A stretch of DNA of 64,000 bases from Proteromonas lacertae (Eukaryota): contig NGBS01000588.1 of the NCBI GenBank assembly GCA_002245135.1, positions 124,001 through 188,000 on the forward strand, read 5' to 3'. Positions 13,672 through 27,700 of the stretch are shown here, piece after piece. A program made the translations under genes and the position numbers. The notes beneath the pieces are model-generated. The model was not told the origin of the DNA. It did not search any database and was given only the letters and a program-made list of their open reading frames with translations. The first letter of the stretch is position 1; each line of letters opens with the position of its first letter.

Positions 13672-15259
13672 ATGAAATTGAAAGAATCAAAAGATGAATA
13701 TTATTTGAAAATAATAAAGATAGAAGAAATATCAAAGAAGTCAAGTTGTTTATATATAAGTAATATATCCTTAGTTTCGATGATACATGCAGAACATGTG
13801 ATGATATATAAAATGATGGAATATATGCTGGATAGTATTTTAGTTGATATGAGAAAGTATAGATATAACCTTGCTGAAATGATGAATTTTGATGTGAATA
13901 TAGATGAATTAGGAATAATGAAAGATGTAATGAAAGGTGTAATGAATTTAAATACTGTAGGAGTATCTGATGGAAATTTAAAGCCTTCGAATATACTATT
14001 TGATGAAAATGGAGAATTAGTGATAAGTGATTATTGTTTGAATAATTTGAGAAATATAGATAGAATCCATAACGAGAATAGTATATATAATAGTCCAGAA
14101 TTATTAAATAATAAAGAAATAGATAAATCTTGTGATATATGGAGTATTGGATTATTATTTTATTACTTATTAACCCATGGAACATTATTTATATCTGAAA
14201 GAGATGCTCATGATAATATATTAGAAAAAATAAAACAGGACAATAAGTTGGATAGTAAATATAAGAAAGTAATTTTCTCTTCTATTCAGATTGACAAATT
14301 TAAAAGACCTTCAATTCATGAATTATATGAAGAATTAAATAGAATAGATAATAATAATAATAATGAGTTATTATCAAGCAGACCATTCTTAGTAGTTGAC
14401 AATAATATAAAACTGAATAATGAAATGATTGAATGTATGATAGAAAGATATACAATTAATAATATGTTAAGATATATAACATACAATAAAAGAAGAAGTA
14501 GAGAATTATTATGCTTCTTAATAAATATTTATTGGTTTAAAGATGAAATAGATATTTTTAATTATTTATTGAAATGTGATAGTCTAACAACCACAGAATG
14601 CTTGATATTACTATCAACAAAAGAAAAATATAAAATGAATATGATTAAAGTGAATAATGTTAAAGCAAATATAGAATATTTAAACTATAATAAATATTTT
14701 TTAAATTATTTAAATAGTATAAAAGAATTATCAGCAATTCGTATGAAAATTGATATTCACACACTTTCTTATATTTCCAATTCCTTTCAATCAATGAATA
14801 ATTTACAGAATTTAGATCTAACTCGTATATATATATATTTATTTATTTAAATTATTAGAAAATAATTTAAATGATTCAGGTATGTTAGAGTTAGTTAAAT
14901 ATTATAGTTTTTTAAATCATCTTGAAGTTTTAAATATTAGTTGTAAGAATTATATTCATTTGAATTATATATAAATAGATAATGGAATATCTCAAATAGG
15001 ATTGAAATATATGATAGAAAATAATAATAATTCTTTACCATTATTAAGAAGATTAACTCTGTTTGGTAATTTAATAAATGATGAGTCAATAGAAGAAATA
15101 AATGAGATATGTAACATATTTAAAAGTCTAATAGTGATAGATTTACCTAGTATTATAAATTTCATTATAGTTATATGGTCAATAGTCTATGTATCAGATG
15201 ACAGATTGTGTTTGATGAAGAAAAACAACCCACATATGATTTTTATAACTGATTACTAA
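13672..15259 (+). CDS. Pseudokinase plus RI-like leucine-rich repeats
   Basis: DGNLKPSNIL, ISDY, YNSPE, CDIWSIG. Spliced LRRs: NLQNLDLT|NNLNDSG, HLEVLNIS|NGISQIG, LLRRLTLFGNLINDE. The start may instead be at 13631. Confidence 0.8.
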
Positions 15260-15390
15260 ATTTAGTCACATTTTATGTTTTGTACTTAACTAAACAAGTT
15301 CCTCCCCATCTTACTAACTGTATTTACATATTATTTATATACAAATAAAACAGATATAAAATAAATCGATTTATTCATAAATAGTAGTAA

Positions 15391-18300
15391 TTAGTGTTGT
15401 AAACAACTATTATAACCAATATACATTCCTTTCTTAGCCCACCAACTAAATTGATTTGAATCACATAAATCCATCCAAGATAATAACATCTCACTATTTG
15501 CATTTAATTCACTCCAAATATCTTCCACTTTACCTCTCATTCCTTTTCTCACTTCTTTCTCAATTAATTTATTCACTAATAATTGATTTATTACTTCATT
15601 ATAACCTCCACACATTGATAATACAATAAATGCACTATACAAACCTTTGTGTCGATATACATTCTTTTCTTTGTGATTATTTGGTTCAATATGACATAAT
15701 TGTAATAAATAGGAGATATAGTCAACTTTACAACCTGCTAAACTTATATTATTATTATTATCATCTTTATTCTCTTTTTCTTTTAATTCTTTAAATATTT
15801 TTATATATATTAGATGCAATAAATCTCTATCATCTTGATTATCCAATTTAAAACATAATTCTGTTGATTTGAATTGATTGACTGACAATACTCCTTTCAT
15901 TTCAGAATCTGTTGCTTTACAACTACTAAACGCTTTTAATATATCTTTTATCAAAGGAATTCCATATTTACAGCAAATTAAATCATGAATATAATCACCT
16001 AAATAAAAACTACCTATTCCATGAGTATCATATGAAATTGCTATGTTTTGAATCTCATTGGGTGTGAATCTTTTTAACCATTCTTTTGATAATATTCCTT
16101 TATCTATTGACTCACTAATTATTGAATATAACTTAGGAATTTGGATTAGCAGCTTTTTATCACAGTATTTTAAACATATATCAACATATTTATTTAGATT
16201 TTCTAATGATGGAATTAATAATTTCTTTTCTTGATAAGTATAGAGTTTATAATAACCTTCATCATTCAATGAATATCGAGGTAACATCAATTCTTTCTTT
16301 TCATTATTATTTTTACTATTTATTACTTCTTCTATTGAATTGGTGAAATTGGTTAATCTGGTAGATTCATTCGAATTTCGATTCTTTGTATATTCATAAC
16401 ATTTTCCTGCAAAATCAGATGGTCGATTTTCAAATTCACTTAGTCTTTCTTTAAAGGTCTCATATAAGTGATTCAATCTATGCATTATTTGGATATATCC
16501 TTCACATATTGCTTTATTATAATCATCCTCCATTATATCAGGCTTTGGAGGAGGTGGTGGAGGAGGTGGTGATGGTGGTGTTTCTGTCTTTACTTCTTCT
16601 TCTTTTTCTTCATTTACTTCATCTTCAACGGATGGACTTTTTCCTTTTTTACTCTTTCTTCCTCCTTTTGGAGATTTTCCTTTCTTTCCACCTTTTCCTC
16701 CTCCTCTTGGAGAATTAGTTTTACCTTTTTTACCTTTTTTATTCTTAGATGGAGAATCTGATCTTTCTTTTTTCTTTTCTTCATTCTCTGTAGGTAAAGG
16801 AGTGGATGTTTCCTCTACAGCTGCTGGTGCTGGATTTTCTTCTTCTTCTTTCTTCTCTTCTACAGGTTCTTCTTTAATTTCTTCCACTACTGGTGGTGGT
16901 GTTGGTGGTCGAATACTATTCATTAATGAATTAATACCCTCTTCAATTGTATTTAACGCATTTTGATAACAAAAATCTAAACCATCATATTGACTTTGGG
17001 TTTGACTGACTTGAGACATTTCTGAACCTATTAATGGCATTGAATTCATCATTATTTCGTGGTTTAACTGTTGATTTCGAACATGTTCGAAGTAATTCAT
17101 TAATACATTTAACATCTTCATCCAATGTTCACATTCTTTTGTCAATAAATCTCCAAATTTATTAGCTATTTTTTCTACCACATCTTCTAACCAATCAGAT
17201 TCTGCCAATTTTGGAATTTGACGTTTGGCTTCTTCAAGCCTATTAAATGCGTTTACCCACTCCTTGTGATTAAACTCTAAATTTTGATCGATTAATTCAT
17301 CACTACTAATTTCATTATTATAAAACTGTTTAACTAATAATTTGAACTTCTTATCAACATTCTCTAAATCTTCACTTTTATTCTCTAATAATTCCAAAAA
17401 TTTCATTTCTGTAGCTTCAAATCTTTCATCAATATAACTTAATAATTTTCTTACACTACTCAATATATCACAATAATCATTTTCTATTTCAATATCATTT
17501 TCATTAATCACATTCATTATATTAGGAATTGCTGGAATCTTGTCAGGATCATCTTTAACAGTATTCCATCTCTCCGTTCTGATCATATCAATTATATAGT
17601 TAGTAAGTCCATCTATTGTCTTTAAATCATGTCCTTCTGTTGGATCTTTTGGAGGTGGTTCTGGTGGAGCTTCTGGATTTTGTTCATGAAAAATAACTGT
17701 GTTTTCTTTATATATTTTATCCAATTCATCATCAATAGAATCATGGAATTTATCCATTATTAATTCATTATTGATTTTTATATCTTTTTCATTCTCACTG
17801 ATACTTAACCAATTTTTATAATTGACTAATTCTTTTTCATACTGTTCATATCTTCGTTCAAATGGATATGGAATATAAGGTAATGGAGGAGGAATATTTA
17901 CTTCCACTTCAGGTTCTTTACCTTTTCCACCACCACTTATTTTACTTTTGGTTGGTAATTTCGATGTTCTTTTACTTCCTTTTTTACTATCTTTTTTAGC
18001 TTCTTCTTCTGCTGCTTTTCTTTCTTCTTCCAATTTTCTATCTTCTTCAGCTTTCTTCTCCTCTTCTTCCTTCTTTTTCTCTTCCTCAGTTTTCTCTTCT
18101 ATTGGTGGAGGTGGATTAACTCCTAATTCTGCCGTTTGTTTATCCAAATTCAAATTTTTTGCTCTTTCTTCTAATACACTCTTATCATCTTCTTCTAATA
18201 CAATAATACCAAATGTGCAAAGTGTATTTTCACCCCAAACACTCTTTGGATCATCACTTTTACTATCTCTTTTAGGATATTCAAATTTCTTACCTTTTGA

Positions 18301-20395
18301 TTTCTTTATGAATAATTCAGGAGTTTCACATCCTTTTCCTAATTTCTCTACAAATTTCGGTGATACTAAATGAGTTATCATCATTAACTGTTCAGTAGTT
18401 AATCCATTTCCTTCTATAACATAACCTCCATTTTGACCATGAGGTAAATTCATTATTTCATTCACCATTGCTCCTATTACATTTGCCACTTTTGGTATTT
18501 GTATATATCCTTCCAATTCTTCTATTCTTCCACAATCTATTACTTCAGTTATTGTCGCTCCTTTCTTTGCTTTGGATGGTGCAGCTTTCTTTGGTTTTTT
18601 CAACAACTTCTTTATTTCTTCAATTAGATTCTTATACTCATTCACAAATGCATCACTATGATAAATATCAACTAATTTCTGTGGTTTTATTTCAGGTTGA
18701 TTTGGCTGTAATGGTGGTAAATTAACAACTTCTTCATCTTCAGGTATTGGAGTATTTACTATTGCCGTTGGATTTGGATTCAACGAAACTGGAGTTGGAT
18801 CATCACTTTTCGGACTCTTGGGTGATTTTCCACTTTTTGATTTTCTGCTATTCACTGAACTTTTCCTACTACCTGAATCTTTGCTGTTTTTAGGTGATTT
18901 TGGCTTATTAGCTTCTTCTATTTCTTTCTCGCAGTCTTTCACTGCTTCTTGTATGATTGTTAATGGATTGATTATTCTCATGTAAAATTGAAATGCTAAG
19001 TGTTTACATATTTCAGATTTTCCACATAATGGTGGTCCTATTAGCATTAATCCAATTGGATGTGTAGGAACAGGAGGTAATGGTTTATCAGGCCATTTCT
19101 GGTTCAAAATATCACATATTATACTTACAATTTGAAATATATCATTCTTATTATCAGTCAATATAAATGGAGGAATTAATGAATCATTTAAATCATTTAT
19201 ATTATTTCTATATATTAGATAATCTGTTCTACTATCTAAGATTAATTCCCAATCTTTAGCTAATGTTAAATCTCCTGTTATTGAATCTTCAAAGAATGGA
19301 ATTCCTCTAACATATTGATTTCTATATTCTCTCCATACTACAGGTGGCATTAGGTATTTATTATTCTCTACATATCTTGCACAGGTCATTGCTAAATCTG
19401 CTAAACCATACACCATTACTTCACAAAATCGACAAGTATCTTCATGTTTTAATTTATTCCTTAATTCTTTCTTTGCATTTTGAGCTTCGATGATTTTAGT
19501 TAGTTCGATTTGTGATTCTATTCGTTTTTTGGTTGAGACTTCTATTAATTGCTGGTAATATTCATTATTCTCTTTTTCTATTTTATCTTGGATCAATTTA
19601 GCATTCTCTATACTTTTATTTCTTTCATTTTCCTTTAAATATAACTGTTTTTGATATTCTAAGGCATTTTTTCTTTCAATTTTGTAGTGATTATTACATT
19701 TCATTAATAAATCTTTTATTCTATCCTGTTCTTCTGCTGTTAATTGTGCATTCTTTTGTATTACATTATTTACTCTTTCTCTTACAGTTTTATCTCTAAA
19801 TGCTAAGACATCTTGCCTTCTCTTTGAATGCATTGTTTTTAAATAGTTTTGGCTTGGCTTGGCATAACTAATTGTACTGTATAATGTCTTTAATCTAGTG
19901 AATTGATCAAATGCTGTTTCTGTTCGCCAAGTAAATTTGTTGTTAATTTGTTCTGGATCTTTCCAGTCTTGTGGTTGAAAGCCCATTCTTCTGTAATTCA
20001 ATTCAAATGCATCTATTGATTCTTTCATATCTTTTTCATTCTTTTCTCGGTTTAATTCTACTTGTATTTGATGTCTCTTTTTTATTCCTAATTCTAATCT
20101 TAAATCTGCTGCTTCTCTTTCATACTATTTAAATTATAAAATAACTGATTTTGAATAATACCATTTTCTTCTTACTTTCTAGCCAAGTATTTTTACATGT
20201 TTTATCATGTTCCATTATATATTGTTTCGCATCTCTTGCAATTGTAAGCATATTTTGTCTATTAGTTTGAAGCATAGCAGTATGTTGTATATTAAAATTC
20301 TCTAAATCTCTTCTAGCCTTTTCTTCAGTTTCTAGACGGAATTCATGAAACTTATTCGAAGGTAAACTGCTCTTAATTTCATTAATCGAATGCAT
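15391..20395 (-). CDS. SPEF2: SPEF2/CPC1-like central-pair flagellar protein
   Basis: Coiled-coil N-terminus, WREYRNQYVRGIPF segment, adenylate-kinase-like P-loop (LIGPPLCGKS) and degenerate C-terminal EF-hand. One intron at about 20126-20161. Confidence 0.7.
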
Positions 20396-20498
20396 TTTCA
20401 AAAAAGAAAAATATGAAACGGTCAAGCCATTAGCTTGTGATGTTTTTATTGTGAAATTTTTTTCATAAACCACATTTAATTTTTCGTTTTTTATTCAA

Positions 20499-21655
20499 AT
20501 GGCTGGAGTAGAACATACACCAACTCCTACCCCTGCTCCTCCTCAACCGCCCATCGTATTTGACACTGTGATATATTTATTTCATAGGATAAAGACAAAT
20601 TAGAAGATTCAGATGAAGATATATGGTGTTGTTGTTTTTCTATACATCACAGTATAATTTATATATTTTAATATTTATAATAGGTGGTGATCCTTATGCA
20701 CAAGTTCAACCTGGTATTTATTTTGTTTTTTATTGTCTATTAATAGGTGGAATGATTCCAACCACATCAAATGGAGGAATGAAACCTCCTCAACATAGTT
20801 CCAGAGCTTCTACTACATCTGGTTCAAGATTAACGAGAGGATCAAAAGCTGCTTCGCTATTTTCAACGTGTTCAACAGATGAAGGAGGAACTCTATTTCC
20901 TCCAATACCTCCAATATGTATTTAATCGTAATTTTATAATTGAATTAGATTATTATAATTTAAAAAAGAAAAGTGATAATATACGAATAATATACCGACC
21001 ATCTCGAGATCATGAACGATATTCAATGGATGCAATCATCAATCACACATACCAAACCAACGAATATGGATATATATACGTTACAACTCCAATCACAGGT
21101 ATAGTAAGTATAGAATTCGAATATCAGCATTCCAGTCATTTAGAGAGTGATAATCAAATCAGTGGTTTGTATGTAGGTGCTGCATTAGATCCACCAATTG
21201 ATAATCATTATTATACAAGTTCATTTTATTTATATTCACTTTATGATGGTAGTTTGTATGACAGTGGTAAAATTAGGAAAAATAATAAATGTCATAGAAT
21301 ACTACCAGGTAATAGAATAGTTTTAGTAATAAATTATGATAAATTACAAATATCAATGATAATTAGGAATAAACTAGGTTATCATGAAGATTTGGGGGTT
21401 TTGTTTAATAATATACCCAATACTTTACAACCAGTGATTTGCTCCTCTTATGGCAATATCGATAATGAAAGAATTAGATTAGTGGAAATTAAATGGAATG
21501 AAGAGTTATATTCAAATCCAGATAAACCAATAGAAGAAGTAACAGAAGATGCAGTAGAAGAGTTAAAACCTAGAGATTCACAGGCATCTCCAAATCCAGA
21601 CGCACTACAGACGGCTAATGCATTGCTGAGTGATCCAGAACTATTAGCCTCATGA
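20499..21655 (+). CDS. SPRY/B30.2-like domain protein with a Cys cluster near the N-terminus
   Basis: Four short introns splice in frame from ATG 20499 (…WCCC…). SPRY-like pattern YLYSLYDGSLY...PGNRIVLVINYDKLQIS...DLGVLFNNIPNTLQPVI. Confidence 0.75.
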
Positions 21656-21778
21656 ATAATGTTTGTTATCTATCTATTTATATATTACATGTCTATATTG
21701 TATGTATGTTGGATAAAAAATCTCATATTTCAATTAATTATTAACTATATATATATATAAGTTATTAACTAAACTTAA

Positions 21779-24700
21779 TTATAATATTTCTGTTCCATCA
21801 TCTACATCGTCACATACATTTATATTATCATCTCCATCACCTCCTTCTTCACCTTCACCTTCTCCTCCTCCTTCATACTCATATCTTTTCCTTCCTCTTC
21901 CTCCTTCCTCCTCTTCTTCAACCTCTTGAATTTCATTATTATTCTCACTTGTATCAATTTCTTCTGATGTTTCTATTTCCTGTTGTTGTGCTTCAGCTTC
22001 TTCAGCTTCTTCTTCCTCTGTAGGTTCTTGTTGTTCATATTCCTCTTGTACTTCTTCCTGCGTTTCTATTTCCTGTGTTTGTTCTTCAGTTTCACCTTCA
22101 TCTTCTTCTGTAGGTTGTTGTTCATATTCCTGTGTTTCTATTTCCTGAGTTTCTATCTCTTGTGTTTGCTCTTCTGTCTCAATTTCTTGTGTCCCTTGTG
22201 GTTCTGTTTCAATTTCTTGAGTCTCCTGTTGTTGAACTTCTTCATTTTCTCCTCCTACATTCTGTTGATCATCATCATTATACTCTTCACTAATATTCAC
22301 ATTATTATTCTCACAATCTTCACAAAACCATCCTTTCTCATTCTCATGATATTCATAAGTCAAACAATAAGTATGAATCACTTTATTGCAACCACTACAT
22401 ATCAATATATTACTATTATCCCAACAATCATTCTTTTTACAAACATCACAAAATCCAATTGTTATATAACTATGATAAGCACAATAAGAAACCATTTCAA
22501 CAGAACCTTCTTCACTTTGATTAGTTATCATATACAATCCCGCCTTTCTTCCACATAAAGGATGGAATGTATTATCACAATCTGGATAAGTGCATTTAAT
22601 ACAAGGACAATGATCATTCTTTAAACATTCACTACATTTGCATTTATATCTCCATTCACTTATAGTTGAAATACCATTTATTGGCTCTAAATTTTCAACA
22701 TCACCAAATGTGCATTCATCTATCCATAAAGCACAGACAATATGACAATAATTACCTGTTTCAGTTCTTTTCATTGCACCACCATTTCTTCCACATATTT
22801 CACATAATACTTTGTCAGCATTACTTTTGAATATTGTACAAACATTACATACCCAATTAGTGTTTATTGTTCCATTTGTATCATCTTCTTCTGTATTAAT
22901 TTTTTCACCAATACACTGTTCATGTACAAATAAATGACATTCTTTACATTCAAATATTGGAATATCAGGATATAACTCTTTAGAAACTCCACAAACACAA
23001 CAAGTTGGTCCTTCTTTCTTATACCAAGGATCATATTCGTGTTTTTTCTTATTTCTACATTCAACACTGCTAATTCCACGATAATAACAATCACTACATC
23101 GATAATTCCATATATTACTTTTCTCTTTTATACATTTTTCACAACACCAATCCGTAATATCATACACATCTGGAGGTGGATTTGCTAGACACACTTTATG
23201 GTATAATTTATCACATTTACTACATTCATAATAATTCTTAATATCAGCTGGAGTTACTTTAGGAATACATGTACAAATTGTCTTGGCTTTACTTATACAA
23301 AATGGACAATAATAATCTTTAATTAATTCTAAATCTGTTCCTATTAAACCAACACATTCTGGATGATACCATGTATGACATAATACACATTGAACCCATG
23401 TGAAACTGGGAGAATCTTCAGTCTTACCACAAACACACAAGCCTGTTCCTTCATTTTCAACTGTTTTGTTTTCTTTAGTGTTTTTATATGATTTTGTTGT
23501 ATTGGGAGAATAATTGTCTTTTTTCATTTCTGATCTATTATTCTTTTGTGAATATGAATTATTATTATTATTAGAAAAAGAAGGAGGAGAAGGAGATATA
23601 GTATTAGATACTTCATTATTTCTAAAGTATTTTTTCTTGTTATTAATATTCAAATTATTGTTATTATTCATTGCAGAAGGAGTTACTGTTTTCTTACAAT
23701 GCTTTTGACAATAAAATATTTTAATTGGATTATAAACTAAATCAACTTCCTTCAAACAAGGAATATGAAATAGTTTATCACAACCTCTCTTTTTACATAA
23801 TAAAGATGCATGGTTATTATTACAGATAGAACATAAATTCCTTTTAGTTCTTTTCAATGCAGCAACTATATTGGAGTAATATGGATCATTACAAACAACT
23901 TCTGCACAAGATAAAGCACATTCTTCATGAACAGCAAACTCTTTATTTTTATAACTAAATTTGTGTCTTATAATATGTAATTCATCAGTTTCTCCTTTTA
24001 AATGACAAAAACGACATTTACAGTCATTTACATCTTCCTGTAGTATATCTGAAATAATTGCTTCATATCTTTTATCATAATTATTTCTCATTCTCACTCC
24101 CTTATTATTTAATTTTCTTTTCTTTACACCATTATTTGCATCATTATAAATTACTGATTTTTTATCATTTACTCCTCCAAATATTATTCGTTTATTATCT
24201 TCATCATCATCGTCATAACCTTCTTCTTTATATTCATCATCTCCATCATCATTTACATCAACATCATATGAATTATCAATAAAACCATTCACTTTTCTTC
24301 TACTACTACTATTATTATTATCTTTATTTCTATTTGCTATATAAATAATTCCATTATTTGTTATTCTTTTCTTATTAATTATCATATTATCATCATCATC
24401 ATTGATAATGTTATTATTAGTATTATTTGACTTTAATATTGTATTTTTAATAGGTCTTCCTCTTACATGATGTTTTGTAATTGGAACATGAGTTGCATTA
24501 TATTCTGCAACTTCATCTGGTGTAACATGATCACTGCATATCATAATCTTTCGTTTTAATCTTATTGCCAAGTTCCAATCTTGACATAATGTATGATATG
24601 CTTTTATACACTTACAACATTGTACTAATTCACCATCACCACTAGTTAATCCACATTTCCTACAATAATGTGCTGGACAAAAATATCTCTTTTTACTTGG

Positions 24701-27700
24701 TATAAAATGAGTATAAGGATGATCTTTAACACATTCTAAATGATAGAATTTATTACATAACGATTGAGCACATAATATGACTTTATGTTCTGCATTTTTA
24801 TCTTGTTTGTCTTTCTTATGGCATATTTGACACTCATACACTTCATTTTTACAATCATCACATTTATAATTTAATGCAGTTTCTTTAGTCAAACCCAAAC
24901 ATTCAGGATGATATAATCTTTGACATCTTCCTTTACATACAATCAAATCACCATCTTTATCACAAATACAACAAATAGGTAAATCCCAAGGATCTAAATC
25001 CTTCATAGCTAATAGTTTATCTTTTGCATGTCTTCCTACAACTATATTTCCATTATTATTATAACCACTAATACCACTGTTTATTGTACCATCTTCATTA
25101 GTGAAATTATAGTTTCTACTACATCTTTTACGTTTGAATGTTAGTGATTCTAAATCCCGTAGTTTTTCATCGAATAGTTTACATTCTTTCTTGGAGAAAA
25201 TGTCTTTCATTGTACTTGCATCTAGTAAAACATTACAGAGATTCTCCCAGTCATTATCAGCAAAATCATAACCACTATTTTTCTCAAAATAATACTGTTC
25301 TGCCAAATTACATAATTCATTGGTAAATTCAGCTTTCTTTTCAGCATTTTTAAATCCTTGTCCACTTTCTAGAATAGATTTAAAATGTTCTGGGGTTTGA
25401 GCATTTGGCAAAACTTTCTCCCAAAATTTTGGATCAGTGACAGAAATTTTTGCATTTTGTTCTTCAGATACAAAAGTTGTCTTACTAAATCTCGTTCCTT
25501 TTACACCAGTTGTAACTTTCACTTCTCTTGTATTATTCTTTAATATCTGTTCAATATCTGCTTGGTAGAATATCTTATTATCTTGATCATCTCCTTCTAA
25601 ACAACCATACGCTCCTTTTCTTAATAGATTTTCCATATCTGTCTTACTTAATTTCGGCCTATTTCCATCTTCACTTCCACTGAATAGAGCTTGTTCTAAA
25701 CCTAATTTCATGGATGCTTTTTCAAACATTTCAGCTTCGTATGTCTTTCGTGTAATTAAACGATAAACTTTTACTTCATTGGTTTGACCAATTCTATGAC
25801 AACGAGCTGTAGCTTGACAATCATTTTGAGGATTCCAATCACTATCATAGATAATCACAGTATCAGCAGCAGTTAAATTAATACCTAAGCCTCCAGCTCG
25901 AGTTGATAATAAAAATATAAAAGAACGAGAACTATTACAAAATCTATCAATTGCAGCTTGTCTATCATCTCCTTTAATTCCACCATCTATTCTTTCATAT
26001 GGATATTTCTTATTCAAACAATATTCTTCTAATAAATCTAACATCTTTACCATTTGACTAAAGATTAATACTTTATGGTTATCTGATTTAAGTTTCGGTA
26101 ATAATTTGTTAATTAAAACCATTTTACCAGAACAATCGATAATATGTTGCATCATTTCACTTTCTGTTACAATTATCTCTTTTTTATCCTCATCATCTTG
26201 ATTATCTTTATTATTTTCTCCTTTTTCATTATTATTTAAATCATTCTCTTTTTCAATTATGATATTATTCAATTCTCTTTCTCTTCCTCCTTTAATAAGA
26301 AATGGATGATTACAACATTTTCTTAACTCCATTTCTATGTTAATTAATGAAGGAAGTGAAGCTTTATTACATCCTCTATATAGAAAAGAACGATTTTTAT
26401 CATAAATAGCTCTATAGTATTGTTTTTGTAATATTGTTAACTCTACATCAATAATAGTTTCAATCATTTCTGGTATGGATTTTTCTACATCTTCTTTGAT
26501 TCTTCTCAATAAACAATTTTCCATCTTTTTCTGTAAATTTTCCACTTGTTTTGCATCTCTTAAATTACCAAATTCTTCCATAAATTTATCTTCATTTCCA
26601 ACAGCTTGTATAAAGTGTAATAAACTCCACAATTCTTCAACATTATTTTGAAATGGCGTTCCTGTAAGAAGTAATACATAATCATAAGTAAACATTTGTA
26701 ACTTTTGAAATGTCTTTGATTTAGTATTTCTTAAACGATGAGCTTCATCTAGAACTAAATATTTCCAATGTATTTTAGATAATATTTGTGCATCAGAGAT
26801 TAATATATCATAGGTAGTAATAAGAATATCAAATTTCAATACATCTTGTCTAAAATTAGGATAAAACCATTCATATAATCGAATTAAATTTCTTATATTA
26901 GAAGAACCATGATAAACACATGTTCTAAAGTCAGTCCAATTCTCAATTTCTCTTTTCCAATGTTTTATAATACTCAGAGGACCGACAATCAAAAATGGTC
27001 CTCTCATACTCTCATATCTATGTAAATGTTCCAGCATACTAATAACTTGAGCAGTTTTACCTAAACCCATTTCATCTGCTAATATTGCATTAATATTATT
27101 CATCCATCTATCTATTAGCCAATTCAAGCCATCAACTTGATAATCTCTCAATTCATTTCCATTTTTGTAGGTTATTGACTTTTGATATTTAATGAATGGT
27201 TTTTTCCTTAGTCTTCCATTACTATATGTTGTTGATACTACAATATTACTATTCAATAATTGTTGCTGTTGACGTTGTTGTTCTTGTAAGGAAGAAGATG
27301 ATGTAGATGAATAGATTGATTTAGTTTGAGGATTGTACGAATTCTTTTTTATTATATTATTATTATTGTTATTATTATTGTTGGTTGTTGTTGTTACTGA
27401 TTTTACTTTTGTTGTTGATGATGATGATGAAGATGATTCAGTTGATGATGGAATTAATGAAGATGGTTTAAATGAAGAAGGAACAATTGGTGAACAAACA
27501 GGAGATATTGATGATGATGATGATTTTATGTTTGACGATAAATTCTTGAATAAAGTTGTACGATAATTAGATGATAATGGAATTGAGTTATTCATCTTTT
27601 GTTTCTCCTTTTCTACAACTTCTTTCTTTATTGATATTCTTTCATCATCTTCATCATCTTCTTCTTCTTCTTTTACAACAGCAGAATCACTTTTATTACC

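Noticed and set aside
17948..18373. Ser/Phe/Leu-rich antisense ORFs here and at 21983, 27333, 28628, 29036 and 61256
   Set aside because: They are shadows of Glu/Lys-rich coding sequence on the opposite strand.
20396..20473. ORF-track N-terminal extensions from GTG/TTG or upstream starts (also 37727-37780 and 49750-49845)
   Set aside because: These are promoter/UTR sequence; homology begins at the downstream ATGs.
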